Below, piece by piece: positions 36,111 through 47,626 of a DNA stretch of 64,000 nucleotides. The position numbers were made by a program, and so were the translations under genes. The notes under the pieces are model-generated. The model saw only the letters and a program-made list of their open reading frames with translations, did not search any database and was not told the origin of the DNA. Within the stretch, counting starts at the first letter, position 1. Each line of letters opens with the position of its first letter. The DNA lies in IMG/VR virus record IMGVR_UViG_3300049043_000070, positions 64,001 through 128,000 of that record, one strand, 5' to 3'. The DNA comes from a virus.

Positions 36111-36911
36111 ATGGCATCTCCAAATAGTAGATCCACTCTCATCACATATTGTAAAAGGCAGCTTGGTGAACCTGTCTTACAAATCAATATTGATGACGAG
36201 CAGGTAAATAACGTTATTGACGATACCATACAGTTCTTCCAAGAGAACTGCTATAACGGCATGGAGCGTTGCTATTTAAGACACGAAATAACTGCTGCTG
36301 ATAAGTCAAGATTTGAAAGCGAAGTTACAACAACAAATGGAACCACAAATTGGGAAGAGGCAGCAAATTATATTCCAATTCCAGATCATATTGTAGGTGT
36401 TAGTAAAGTATTTGGAATAGTAGGAAATTCTATTCGTAGTAATCTATTTGGTATTGAATATCAAATTTTCCTCAATGATCTCTATGCTTTTGGATCTCTT
36501 GATATTCTAAACTATTTCATGACAAAGCAATATCTAGAAACTCTAGATATGATCATAAACAATGGATCATTCCAGCAGTTTAGATACACGATGCGTCGTG
36601 ATAGATTATATCTTGATGTTGACAAAGACTTCTTACAAGAAGGTCAGTGGCTATTGATTGAGGCGCATAGACTTCTCAATCCACTAGAAGCAACTGAAAT
36701 GTATAATGATATATTTGTGAAGCGTTATGCCACTGCTCAGATGAAGAGGCAGTGGGGACAAAATCTAATCAAATATAACAATGTCCAACTGCCAGGTGGT
36801 TTAACACTAAATGGCAGACAAATTTATGAAGATGCTATCGCTGAGATTGACAGAATTGAAAGCGAAGTATTGAGTAAGTATGCTATCCCACCACTAGACA
36901 TGATCGGATAA
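36111..36911 (+). CDS. gp13: Neck protein gp13
   Basis: YCKRQLGEPVLQINIDDEQV...KRQWGQNLIKYNNVQLPGGLTLNGRQIYEDA. Confidence 0.95.
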   Translation: MASPNSRSTLITYCKRQLGEPVLQINIDDEQVNNVIDDTIQFFQENCYNGMERCYLRHEITAADKSRFESEVTTTNGTTNWEEAANYIPIPDHIVGVSKVFGIVGNSIRSNLFGIEYQIFLNDLYAFGSLDILNYFMTKQYLETLDMIINNGSFQQFRYTMRRDRLYLDVDKDFLQEGQWLLIEAHRLLNPLEATEMYNDIFVKRYATAQMKRQWGQNLIKYNNVQLPGGLTLNGRQIYEDAIAEIDRIESEVLSKYAIPPLDMIG

Positions 36912-36912
36912 A

Positions 36913-37800
36913 ATGCCTACAAGTCCTTATTTTCCTACCTACTACCAAGGTCATCCCGGCGAACAAAATCTCGCACAGGATCTTGCTGACGAACAGATCA
37001 AACTGTTTGGAACAGATATCTATTATCTGCCAAGAACTATTCTGAAAGATAACACACTTGATGATGTTATCTATTCCAAATATCTAGATGAATTTCAAGT
37101 AGAAATGCTACTTCAGAATGTAGAAGGTTTTGGTACAGCACCTTCTGAATTTATCAGTAAGTTTGGTATTCGCATTACTGATGAAGTAACGTTTATTGTT
37201 TCAAGTAGAAGATGGGATCAAGCAGAAGCACAATATGCTCCAACACTTACTGTTCCAGGAAGACCAAATGAGGGTGATTTATTATATTTTCCACTGACAA
37301 AAGATTTGTATGAAATCAAATTTGTAGAAAGAGAAACTCCATTCTATCAGTTTGGTAAAATTCAATTCCTTTTCATAACTGCTGAAATCTATGAAGTTGG
37401 TAATGATCTTATTGATACTGGTGTCGCTGATATTGATGATATTGAAACCCTATTCAGTTCTGCGATATCATTAGTTATGAATACTGGTGGATCTGGAGCA
37501 TTCACTGTTGATGAATTGGTTACGGGAGCAACTAGCAATACTGAGGTTACAGTAAAGTCTTGGAATTCAACATCCAGAATTCTACAAGTTATCAACAGAA
37601 CAGGAACTTTTGTTACCGGAGAAACAATTACTGGCGATGATAGTAATGCTGTGTGGGTTCTTGGGTCCTTTGATACTCTAAATAATACCAACAGCGAATA
37701 TGATCAAAATAGAGAATTTGAAGATGAAGCTGATAATATTATAGATTGGAGTGAAAGAAATCCATTCGGTGAATATGGAAATTATACAGGTAGCATCTGA
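36913..37800 (+). CDS. gp14: Neck protein gp14
   Basis: EQIKLFGTDIYYLPR, FISKFGIRITDE, RPNEGDLLYFP, C-terminal DWSERNPFG. Confidence 0.95.
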   Translation: MPTSPYFPTYYQGHPGEQNLAQDLADEQIKLFGTDIYYLPRTILKDNTLDDVIYSKYLDEFQVEMLLQNVEGFGTAPSEFISKFGIRITDEVTFIVSSRRWDQAEAQYAPTLTVPGRPNEGDLLYFPLTKDLYEIKFVERETPFYQFGKIQFLFITAEIYEVGNDLIDTGVADIDDIETLFSSAISLVMNTGGSGAFTVDELVTGATSNTEVTVKSWNSTSRILQVINRTGTFVTGETITGDDSNAVWVLGSFDTLNNTNSEYDQNREFEDEADNIIDWSERNPFGEYGNYTGSI

Positions 37801-38603
37801 TGTTAGGATCACACTTTTATAACGAAATCACACGCAAGAATATCATTGCGTTTGGAACTCTCTTTAACAATATCACACTGAGAAAGAAAAATCCAGCAAA
37901 TGCTGATGTGTTAGAAGAAGAAAAAGTTCCTTTGGCTTATGGTCCAAAGCAAAAATTTCTTGCTCGCTTAGAACAAAATCCAGAAGTTGGTAGAAAGGTA
38001 GCAATTACTTTGCCACGTTTGTATTTTGAACTGACTGGCATTGACTATGATGCTTCGCGCAAAACGTCTCCAATTCAAAAATATAAAACAGTCATCAATA
38101 ATGATGGCGATGAAGTTAGAGTTCAGTATGTTCCCGTTCCTTATAACATGAACTTTGATCTGGGCATCATCGCAAAGTCTCAGGACGATGCTCTACAAAT
38201 TGTTGAACAGATCATTCCATATTTTCAACCATCATTTTCTGTGACATTGAATATGATCCCAGACATGGATGAGAAGAAAGATATTCCAATTGTATTGAAT
38301 GATATTTCATATGAGGATGAGTGGGAAGATGACTACATGCAGCGTAGGTTCATTGTTTATACTTTAAGATTTACTGCTAAGACATACTACTACGGTCCAT
38401 ACAGCACGTCAGATATTATTAAGAGGGCAATTATTCACGAGACACTTGGCGATGCTGCTGTCAATAGAAGAACTATTACCAGAACATATACTCCGGTTGC
38501 GACATCAGATCTTGATGGTGATAATGATATAGACAATGCTGATACAGCAATCATAACTGCCGACGATGACTTTGGATTTAATGAAGGTATTACGATCTAT
38601 TAA
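37800..38603 (+). CDS. gp15: Tail sheath stabiliser/completion protein gp15
   Basis: HFYNEITRKNIIAFGTLFNNI, VPLAYGPKQKFLARL, VPVPYN, QIVEQIIPYFQP. Confidence 0.95.
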   Translation: MLGSHFYNEITRKNIIAFGTLFNNITLRKKNPANADVLEEEKVPLAYGPKQKFLARLEQNPEVGRKVAITLPRLYFELTGIDYDASRKTSPIQKYKTVINNDGDEVRVQYVPVPYNMNFDLGIIAKSQDDALQIVEQIIPYFQPSFSVTLNMIPDMDEKKDIPIVLNDISYEDEWEDDYMQRRFIVYTLRFTAKTYYYGPYSTSDIIKRAIIHETLGDAAVNRRTITRTYTPVATSDLDGDNDIDNADTAIITADDDFGFNEGITIY

Positions 38604-38605
38604 TC

Positions 38606-39022
38606 ATGGAAGATTTAGAAAAAAACATGGAAAATATCTTAAACATAGAAGTTCAAAGATGTTGAGTGCTTGCCGAAGAAAGCAACAGTTGAAAGTGCCG
38701 ATCCTCTTCAAGATAGATTAAAAGATTATGAATACACAAGAGCAGAGTCTCTATACCCTCATCAGCAAGGGTCAGGAGGCGGTACAAGGCGCGTTGGAGG
38801 TCGCACAGGAGAGTGGACACCCCAGAGCGTATGAAGTCGCTGTGAACGCCATGAAGCAGGTAGCAGAGATGACCGACAGGCTTGTGGATCTTCAGAAGAA
38901 GATGAAGGATCTTGATACTGAGAATAAGAAGGTGACCAACGTTACAAATAATGCCATGTTTGTTGGCAGCACAACTGAACTACAAAAGATGCTAAAGCCA
39001 GATGGGCGGCGGTAAAAGATAA
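38606..39022 (+). CDS. gp16: Terminase small subunit gp16 (indel-broken)
   Basis: LEVAQESGHPRAYEVA...TNNAMFVGSTTELQKMLK; follows gp15. Confidence 0.9.
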
Positions 39023-39046
39023 ATATTCAATAAATGGTGCCGTAAA

Positions 39047-39318
39047 ATGAGAGAGTAAGACTTCTTGGATCAGCAGTAACATTATCTGCGACAGCAAATG
39101 TGATTGGTAATGCTGTAGAGGTATTGATTGTTCATGATGCTGGTGGTAATACTGGTAGAACTGTATACTCTTACAGAAAACGATGGAACAACTGGTCGCG
39201 GCAACCTTACTTGTCAATCCAGGATTTCAACTAAGTTGTCCGTAAAGGAGCAACACAAAAACTCAAAGTTGATGCTGGAAGTGATGTAAAAGTAACACCA
39301 GTTTCGTACATCTCATGA
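39047..39318 (+). CDS. Small conserved hypothetical protein (indel-broken)
   Basis: Reads M-R-V-R-L-L-G-S-A-V-T-L-S...KLKVDAGSDVKVTPVSYIS* after correcting indels. Confidence 0.45.
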
Positions 39319-39911
39319 AAAACTTTAAAGAAATCAGACAACTTGCTGAAGAAAAGCGTGGTCTTTACGCGAACATTCATGCTAAACCGTAAAAGAGGTG
39401 AAGAGACCAAGCAAGACCTGGGGTAAAAAGAAGATTACTCAGCAAAAGATGCTTTCAAAAAAGCAGCAAGAACTGCTAAAAAAGAAGAAATAGTTTATGA
39501 AGAGAAGAAAGATAAAGAAGAACAGAAATTTTGTAGGTCTGTCAGAAACCAGAGACTAGAAAAAGAATGTTCCTATGGTGAGAAAGCATGGATCGTTTCG
39601 CTGTTCCCATCAAATCTGTAAAGAAAGAAGAGGCAGACCTTTCTGATCACTTTGAGTTAGAGGAAGGTGCTGCTTGGACCCGTAAGGCAGGACAGAACAA
39701 GAATGGTGGTCTCAACGAAAAAGGTAGAAAATCTTACGAGAAAGCAAATCCTGGAAGCGACCTCAAAGCACCTTCGAAGAAGGTTGGAAATCCCCGCAGG
39801 GCGTCATTTTGTGCCAGAATGAAAGGCATGAAATCAAAGGTCACCAGTAAGAAAACTGCGAGAGATCCAGACAGCAGGATCAATAAATCTCTTCGTGCGT
39901 GGAATTGCTGA
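39315..39911 (+). CDS. Basic, Lys-rich protein with a capsid-targeting-like N-terminus and a C-terminal DUF6321-like domain
   Basis: MKNFKEIRQLAEEKRGLYANIHAK...; AAWTRKAGQNKNGGLNEKGRKSY...RRASFCARMKG...SRINKSLRAWNC*. Confidence 0.6.
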
Positions 39912-39965
39912 CAAAAAACTGCCAAAAAATTTACTATCATTATAATTAGTTTTGAGGTTTCTATT

Positions 39966-40137
39966 ATGGATATGAGACTTGAAAGAAGACGACATTACAA
40001 AACTCATTCTTGCTTGCGAACTTTACAAGAACTCAACTGGATCAGAATATATCTGGGATCAGTATAATGAACTTGTAGGAAAACTCAAAACATATTTGGA
40101 ACAATATTCCACAAACGATGAACAACACACTTTTTAA
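39966..40137 (+). CDS. Small conserved cyanophage hypothetical protein (indel-broken)
   Basis: ...DITKLILACELYKNSTGSEYIWDQYNELVGKLKTYLEQYS after frame correction; TATAAT at 39941 upstream. Confidence 0.45.
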
Positions 40138-40309
40138 TGCTATAGTGATTTTTTCCACTATAGCATTTTTTATTTACTGGGGATTGAATAATGCTTACCC
40201 TGGTTGTACATTTAGCACAAAGTCAGATCTGGTTAGGACTATGTGGATTTGGTGTGATTGTCCTGCCGATCATGGGCATTCAGTACATTCACAACAAACA
40301 CAAAAATGA
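40118..40309 (+). CDS. One or two tiny membrane proteins
   Basis: Hydrophobic stretches NAIVIFSTIAFFIYWGLNNAY and, in another frame, LGLCGFGVIVLPIMGIQYIH. Confidence 0.35.
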   Translation: MNNTLFNAIVIFSTIAFFIYWGLNNAYPGCTFSTKSDLVRTMWIWCDCPADHGHSVHSQQTQK

Positions 40310-40417
40310 TACATGACCTTTCCTGGGAAATTGTAAAGTTATTCTTAGTAAATCTTAACATATTGTAACGTTATTTTTTGCTACATAGCTCATAATATTT
40401 GTAGCAGAGAGTTACAT

Positions 40418-40648
40418 ATGTACGGGACTTATTTTGTTGTTGTGTTTTTTGCGATCCTGGTGGCATATGCTGGGGTTGAGGAAACTATGAAACTCTTCGC
40501 TTACGCTGATCTTCAATTGCGTTACGCATTTGTCAGAGTTCAGATGAAGTGGATGGGTTGGAAACTCAAGAGGCAACTAGTGAGAGACACAACCGATTTC
40601 AAAAAGTTCCTCGCAAATTACGAAAATGAACACGAAGACCTGCCCTAA
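40418..40648 (+). CDS. Small membrane-anchored conserved cyanophage protein
   Basis: N-terminal TM (YFVVVFFAILVAYAG), then EETMKLFAYADLQLRYA. Confidence 0.65.
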   Translation: MYGTYFVVVFFAILVAYAGVEETMKLFAYADLQLRYAFVRVQMKWMGWKLKRQLVRDTTDFKKFLANYENEHEDLP

Positions 40649-40838
40649 GTGTGGTGCTACTTGGATTGATGGTCAGCACTACTGGACGGGAACAAACAAA
40701 CCAGGAAACGAACTTGACCTAGCTGGTTTAGTATGTAACAAACTTGGAGACGATACTTGTATTAATCCTTGTCGTGGCAAAGAAGGTGGTGTCACCTGGG
40801 AAAAGAGATTGAAAGAATTGGAGGAAGACCATCCCTAA
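40626..40838 (+). CDS. Small Cys-rich conserved protein
   Basis: CPKCGATWIDGQHYW...DLAGLVCNKLG...CINP. Confidence 0.65.
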   Translation: MNTKTCPKCGATWIDGQHYWTGTNKPGNELDLAGLVCNKLGDDTCINPCRGKEGGVTWEKRLKELEEDHP

Positions 40839-40864
40839 ATATCAAATAGTGAGCAGGTTTTGAT

Positions 40865-42516
40865 GTGGCGGCCGGTAATGATGTCTATTTGGGCAATCCT
40901 AATTTAAAAAAGCAGGAACCCAAATTTCTTTTCACAAAAAAGCAAATCAACGAATGGATCATGTGTAAAAATGATCCGGTCTATTTTGCTAAGAATTATA
41001 TGAAGATTATTTCTCTTGATGAGGGATTGGTGCCGTTTGAGATGTATGATTTTCAAGAAAAGATTTTACAGGACTTTCATGAAAACAGATTTAACATCGC
41101 AAAACTTCCGAGACAAACTGGAAAATCCACTACGGTTGTTGCTTATTTGCTTTATTACGCAATATTCTTTGATAGCGTTAATATTGGCATTCTGGCTAAC
41201 AAGGCTTCCACATCACGGGAACTCTTAGGCAGACTTCAACTTGCCTATGAAAACCTGCCAAAGTGGATGCAGCATGGGGTTGTTGTTTGGAATAAAGGTA
41301 ATGTTGAACTTGAAAACGGATCAAAGATTTTGGCATCTTCTACATCTGCGTCTGCTGTCCGAGGCATGTCGTTCAATATCTTGTTCCTCGACGAATTCGC
41401 TTTCGTTCCAAACCATGTTGCGGAGCAATTCTTTGCCTCTGTTTATCCTACTATTACTTCTGGTAAGAGCACGAAAGTCATAATCATCTCAACGCCTAAC
41501 GGCATGAACCACTTTTATAAGATGTGGGTTGATGCTAAGAATGGTAAGAATGGTTATGTAATGAATGAAGTTCATTGGTCTCAGGTTCCTGGCAGAGATG
41601 CGAAGTGGAAGGAAGAGACACTTAAGAATACTTCTGCCAGACAGTTCGCACAAGAATTTGAATGTGACTTCCTTGGTTCTGCTGATACTTTAATTAGTCC
41701 AGCAAAACTTCAAAATATACCATTCACTGATCCAATTACATCCAATGCAGGACTTGATATTCACGAAAGAGTACAAAAAGATCACGAATACATTATTACT
41801 GTTGATGTTGCCAGAGGAATTGGTGGCGACTACAGTGCTTTTGTCGTGTTTGATATCACCACACTGCCGTATAAGATCGTGGCAAAGTACAGAAATAATG
41901 AGATTAAACCTGTACTGTTTCCCTCGGTAATTTTACAGGTAGCAAAGGAATATAATTTACCATATATCTTAGTAGAAGTCAATGATATAGGTGATAGTAT
42001 TGCTGCTACACTAAACTATGATTTAGAATATCCAAACGTTCTGATGTGTGCCATGCGTGGTAGAGCAGGTCAAATTGTTGGAACTGGTTTCTCTGGAACT
42101 AAAACTCAACTTGGTGTGAAGATGAGTGTGACAGTTAAGAAATTGGGTTGCGCTAATCTCAAAGCAATTATTGAGGAAGATAAATTGATGTTTGGTGATT
42201 TTAAATTTTACAGGAACTTACCACTTTCATTCAGAAAAAAATGGCATGGGAAGTCGATGAAGGATATCATGATGATCTTGTGATGTGTCTTGTTCTTTTT
42301 GCGTGGTTAGTCATGCAGGAATACTTTAAGGAGATGACAGATCAAGATGTTCGCCGTCGTATTTACGAAGAACAACGAAATCAGATTGAGCAAGATATGG
42401 CACCTTTCGGATTTATTGATGATGGGTTGGGAGATAATACATTCATTGATGCCGATGGAACTTTATGGGAGTATGGAAATACTCAAGAAGAAGTATCATA
42501 CATGTGGAACTACTAA
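40865..42516 (+). CDS. gp17: Terminase large subunit gp17 (indels near 40910 and 42200-42240)
   Basis: YLGNPNLKK, Walker A LPRQTGKSTT, Walker B ILFLDEFAFV, ISTPNG, TVDVARG, HDDLVM; late promoter TAAATA at 40836. Confidence 0.97.
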
Positions 42517-42748
42517 TGAACTTAGATGAACAATTTTCATTAGAACATTTATTATTTGTAGAAAGAATTTGTCGGATTTGCGGACAGACAAAAGATCTTA
42601 TAGATGGATATTATCTCATCAGAAAAAACAAGAAAATGTTTCCATCAGCATATTCATATGAATGTAAAGAATGTACTAAAAAACGAGTGTTGTCTTCTAA
42701 AAATTCTAAAAAGTAGAGAAAACTTTATGGGTATATCCTGACTGGTAG
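42516..42748 (+). CDS. Small zinc-finger hypothetical protein
   Basis: C-x2-C...ECKEC; ends ...WVYPDW* after one indel. Confidence 0.6.
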
Positions 42749-42827
42749 TTCATGTACGGTTTCCCCATTTGAAGTAATCAAATTTCTAAATACTTTTAGA
42801 TAAATTTGATATCTAAGAGGTAAAAAA

Positions 42828-45012
42828 ATGGCAAGTCAAGTCTCGCCTGGTGTTGTTATTAAAGAGCGTGATTTATCCAATGCTGTTGTCACAGGAGCAC
42901 TCGCAATTCGTGCTGCTTTTGCTTCAACATTCCGCACTGGACCAGTAGGCAAAATTATTAACGTAAATTCAGAAAGAGAATTAATTGATACTTTCGGAAC
43001 ACGAGCTGAGGCAAATGCTTCTGATTGGTTGGTCGCAGCAGAGTTTCTACGTTATGGTGGACAGTTAGCTGTTCTTCGCGCAGAAACCACTGTAAAGAAC
43101 GCAACCAAGAGTGGCACTGGTGTTCTTGTTTCTGACAAGGACGCATTTGATGCTGGTGTTACAACAGAAAAATTCCTTGCTCGCTATGCGGGAACTGAAG
43201 GGAACTATTACCGTGTAGTTATTGTTGATCGTGGTGCTGATTACAAAGTAGCAAAAGTAGGTCACGGTCTTTCTGTTGGTGGTACTTTTACAGACAACTC
43301 TGGCGTTACTCACGAAGTTTATGACGTTGTTGATAACGACAACTTCACTGTTGTAAAAGGAAGCGCAGTACCAACATCAATTCCAACAGGAAAAATTCTA
43401 ACAACCAATTCAGTTAATGGAACTGCTGCTACTGGTTCTGCTTCATACACTAACGTTACTTATACAACTAATAGTTCTGCTGGAACTGGAGCAACCTTTA
43501 ACGTTTCTCGTTCTGCTGGGGCATATACAGTTACAATTTCTGGCGGTGGATCAGGATATATTGCTGGAAATACCTTTACAATTCTTGGAACTGCTTTGGG
43601 TGGAACTTCTCCAACAAACGACTTAACATTCAATGCTGCTACTGTTGTCACGGTAGCATCAACAGTTTCAGCATACACCAATTCTGATTGGAACGCAGAA
43701 CTAATTGGATCAACTGGTTTATCATTCAAGGCAATCAGGTCCTCGCCCTGGTACTTCACCATGGGCATCTGAGCGTTATCTTTCATATGACGAAGTTCAT
43801 GTTGCTGTAATTGATGAGAGAGATAATTCAGTTGTTGAGCGTTTCACATATCTTTCAAAGATCTCTGATGCTAAGTCACCAGAAGGAAATTCAACATACT
43901 GGAAGTCAGCAATCAATGAATTTTCAAATTACATCTATGCTGGCCAAGAATTGACTTCTTCTGAGATCACAACTGCTGGTGAAAATCCAGGTGGAACTGC
44001 TGCTTCATATGCCGCAACTTCTGGTGCTCCAAAAGAACTATCAAGAATTCTTCAGTCTGCTGGCGGAACTTTATCTGGTGGTCTTGATGATTTCGCATAT
44101 TCTTCTGGAGAAATTCAAGCAGCATATGACGAGTTCTTGGATACTGAAGCAACAAGCATTGATTTCATTCTCATGGGCGGATCTATGAGTAATGAAACAG
44201 ATACAATCGCTAAAGCACAGGCAGTTGCTTCTATCGCAAATAGTAGAAAAGATTGTGTTGCCTTCATCTCACCATATGTCGGTAATCAGGTAGCTACCTC
44301 TGGTGGTGCTGCGATTACTCCAGCAACTCAGTTAGCAAATACCATCGCATTCTTTGACAACATTGCTTCAAGCTCGTATGTCGTTCTAGATAGTGGTATC
44401 AAGTATACATACGATCGTTTCAACGATAAGTACCGTTATATCGGATGTAATGGTGATACCGCTGGTGTTTGTGTTTCAACTTCAGCAATTTTAGATGACT
44501 GGTATTCACCTGCTGGTCTAAATCGTGGTGGAATTCAGAATGTTGTAAAACTTGCTTTCAACCCCAACAAGGCACAGAGAGATGATCTTTACAGCAACAG
44601 AATTAATCCGGTAGTTTCTCTTCCTGGTTCTGGTCCTGTTCTCTTTGGTGATAAGACTGCTCTCGCTTCTCCTTCAGCATTTGACAGAATTAACGTTCGT
44701 CGTCTATTCCTGAATGTTGAGAAGAGAGTTAAGGGACTTGCCGAAGGAGTACTCTTTGAGCAAAACGATAGCACAACCCGTAGTAACTTTACTGCTTCAA
44801 TTTCTTCTTACTTGTCAGAAATTCAAGCACGTAGAGGTGTAACTGACTTCCTCGTTGTTTGCGACGAAACAAACAATACTCCAGAAGTCATTGATAGAAA
44901 TGAGTTTGTTGCTGAACTCTACCTCAGGCCAACCCGCTCAATCAATTATGTTACCGTGACAGTAACTGCTACCAGAACGGGCGTTTCCTTCTCGGAAGTA
45001 ATTGGTAGATAA
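42828..45012 (+). CDS. gp18: Tail sheath protein gp18 (indel at ~43735-43770)
   Basis: MASQVSPGVVIKERDL, WYSPAGLNRG, FGDKTALASPSAFDRINVRRLF, RSINY; late promoter TAAATA at 42787. Confidence 0.97.
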
Positions 45013-45050
45013 TTAGTAATAGAAAATAAACATCACAGAGGTAACCACTA

Positions 45051-45638
45051 ATGGCATTATCAAACGTAAGTCAGTTTCTACAAACTATCGGTCAGGGCGT
45101 AAAGCCCAATATGTTCCTGATCGACGTTCAGTTCCCTGCTACACTTTCAAAGCAAACCGAAGATCAAAATCTTACAAATCTACTTTGTAAGTCAGCAGCA
45201 CTTCCAGGTTCAAACTTGGGTGTTATTGAAGTTCCTTTCCGTGGAAGAACAGTTAAGATCGCAGGTGATCGCACCTTTGATACTTGGACTACTACATTCT
45301 TCAACGATAAGGATTTCAAACTACGCGCATTCTTTGAGCAGTGGGCAAACAGCATCAATACACACGAAGCAAATACAGCACCACTTTTTGTTCCTAACAA
45401 TTCTACTGGTTATATGGCAGATCTTTCTGTCCAGCAATTGGAGAAAGATGCTAGTGAGGAAGGAGCTATTCTTAGATCATATACTCTGAAGTATTGCTTC
45501 CCAACCAACGTTTCTCAAATTGACATTGCTTATGATAGCAATGATCAGATTGAAGAGTTCACCGTTGAATGGCAGTATTCATACTTTACTGCTCAGGCAG
45601 GAACCAGACAAGGAGTTTCTTCAATTCCAATCGTCTGA
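45051..45638 (+). CDS. gp19: Tail tube protein gp19
   Basis: LCKSAALPGSNLGVIEVPFRGRTVKIAGDRTFDTW, IEEFTVEWQY. Confidence 0.97.
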   Translation: MALSNVSQFLQTIGQGVKPNMFLIDVQFPATLSKQTEDQNLTNLLCKSAALPGSNLGVIEVPFRGRTVKIAGDRTFDTWTTTFFNDKDFKLRAFFEQWANSINTHEANTAPLFVPNNSTGYMADLSVQQLEKDASEEGAILRSYTLKYCFPTNVSQIDIAYDSNDQIEEFTVEWQYSYFTAQAGTRQGVSSIPIV

Positions 45639-45681
45639 TAAACAGATAAATAGTTTGACTAACAGAGTTGAATAAGTAATT

Positions 45682-47385
45682 ATGAGTCAACTATTTTGGC
45701 TTCCAAATCAATAGAAAGGAGGGACAGAAGGGTCAATCCCCTGTCCCTCCTTCTGCTGATGAACCAATCGCCGTTGCTGCTGGTGGTTATTTCGGAACAT
45801 ATGTAGATACGGATCATGCTGCTCGCAATGAGTATGAACTAATTCGTAGGTATCGTGATATGGCACTTCATCCTGAAGTTGATAGTGCCGTTGATGAAGT
45901 TGTCAATGAATTTGTAGTCAGTGATGCTCACGATAGTCCAGTTGAAATCAATTTAGATAATTTAGATATTGGTGCTGGTGTAAAAAATAAGATTAGAAAT
46001 GAATTTGATCATGTCAAAAAACTTTTAAATTTTGATAACAGAGCACATGAAATTGTGCGTAATTGGTACATTGATGGTCGTTTATTTTATCATAAAGTTA
46101 TAGATTTAGACAATCCAAGAAAAGGAATTTTAGAACTTCGTTATATTGATCCATTAAAGATCAAAAAAGTTCGCCAAAAATTAGATAACAAAGCAAAGGA
46201 TAGTCTCACTCGTGCTGCTATAAAAGGAACAGCATTAGAGTATGAATACGGAACATTTGTTGATTACTTCCTGTTTAATCCTAAGGGGTTTTATCAAGGT
46301 GGTACTCTTGGTCCAGTTGGAGATATGTCATTATCTCAAGGAGTTAAGATCACAACAGATGCTATCACTTTTGTTCCTTCAGGATTACAGGATCTCAACA
46401 AAAGAATGGTGTTGAGCTTCCTTCACAAAGCAATCAAGTCACTCAATCAACTCCGCATGATTGAAGACAGTCTTGTTATCTACAGATTATCTCGTGCTCC
46501 AGAACGTAGAATTTTTTACATTGATGTGGGCAATCTACCAAAGGTAAAGGCAGAGCAATATCTTCGTGATGTAATGTCTCGTTACAGAAACAAGCTTGTC
46601 TATGATGCTAACACTGGAGAGATGCGTGATGATAAAAAGCATATGTCAATGCTTGAAGACTTCTGGCTTCCTCGTCGTGAAGGTGGTAGAGGAACTGAAA
46701 TCACTACACTCCCAGGCGGTCAAAACCTTGGTGAACTCAAGGACGTTGAGTATTTCAAAAAGAAACTTTACAACTCACTCAACCTACCACCTTCCCGTCT
46801 TACTGATGACAACAAAGGGTTTAATCTTGGTAAGACCACAGAGGTTCTCAGGGATGAACTCAAGTTTGCTAAGTTCATCGGTCGTCTCCGCAAGCGTTTC
46901 AGCGAACTATTCCAAGATATTCTCAAGACCCAACTAATTCTTAAAGGTGTTATTTCACCCGGAGATTGGGATGATATGAAGGAGCATATTCAGTATGACT
47001 TCTTATTTGATAATCATTTCAACGAACTGAAAGAAATTGAAATGATGACCCAGAGAATGAATGCTGTCACTCAAATGGATCCGTTTGTGGGTAAGTACTA
47101 TTCAATTGAATTTATCAGAAGAAATATTTTACAACAAACAGAAAAAGACTATAAGGAGATTGACAAGCAAATTAAATCAGAAATTAATTCTGGTTTGGTC
47201 ATGGATCCAAAAGATACAAATATGTTTGACACAATGGATCGTCAGAACACATCTTTACAACCAGAGTTACAAAACATTCAAGCGGATGATAGTGCAGAAG
47301 AGAACAAGCATCTGCTGATGCCAATATGGAAAGAGAGATTGAAAAGATGAAGATGCAACCAAAAACATCTGAAAATAATAAATAA
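45682..47385 (+). CDS. gp20: Portal protein gp20 (indels at both ends)
   Basis: MSQLFGF..., LIRRYRDMALHPEVD, EDSLVIYRLSRAPERRIFYIDVGNLPK, MLEDFWLPRREGGRGTEI. Confidence 0.97.
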
Positions 47386-47404
47386 AGTATATTGTCTTAA
47401 TATT

Positions 47405-47626
47405 ATGTCTGAAAACAATCAAGAGACTGGTGTGGTTGATATTGTAAATAAAATCAGCGACAACGATAGAGCATCAGCAATTGATGCTATTCACGATTTG
47501 CTTTTTTCCAGAGCATCTAATGCTATGGCGCAATATAAGCAAATTGTAGCAGATACATTTTTTGATGAACCTACCGAAGAACCTACCGAAGAAACTACAG
47601 ATGAAACTGATAACGGAACAGATTGA
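47405..47626 (+). CDS. Small acidic prohead core protein (gp67-like position)
   Basis: Acidic 73-aa ORF between gp20 and gp21; TAAATA at 47379. Confidence 0.55.
   Translation: MSENNQETGVVDIVNKISDNDRASAIDAIHDLLFSRASNAMAQYKQIVADTFFDEPTEEPTEETTDETDNGTD

Noticed and set aside
40331-40416. Canonical NtcA box (GTA-N8-TAC)
   Set aside because: The closest match, GTAGCAGAGAGTTAC, has N9 spacing, so it is not called.
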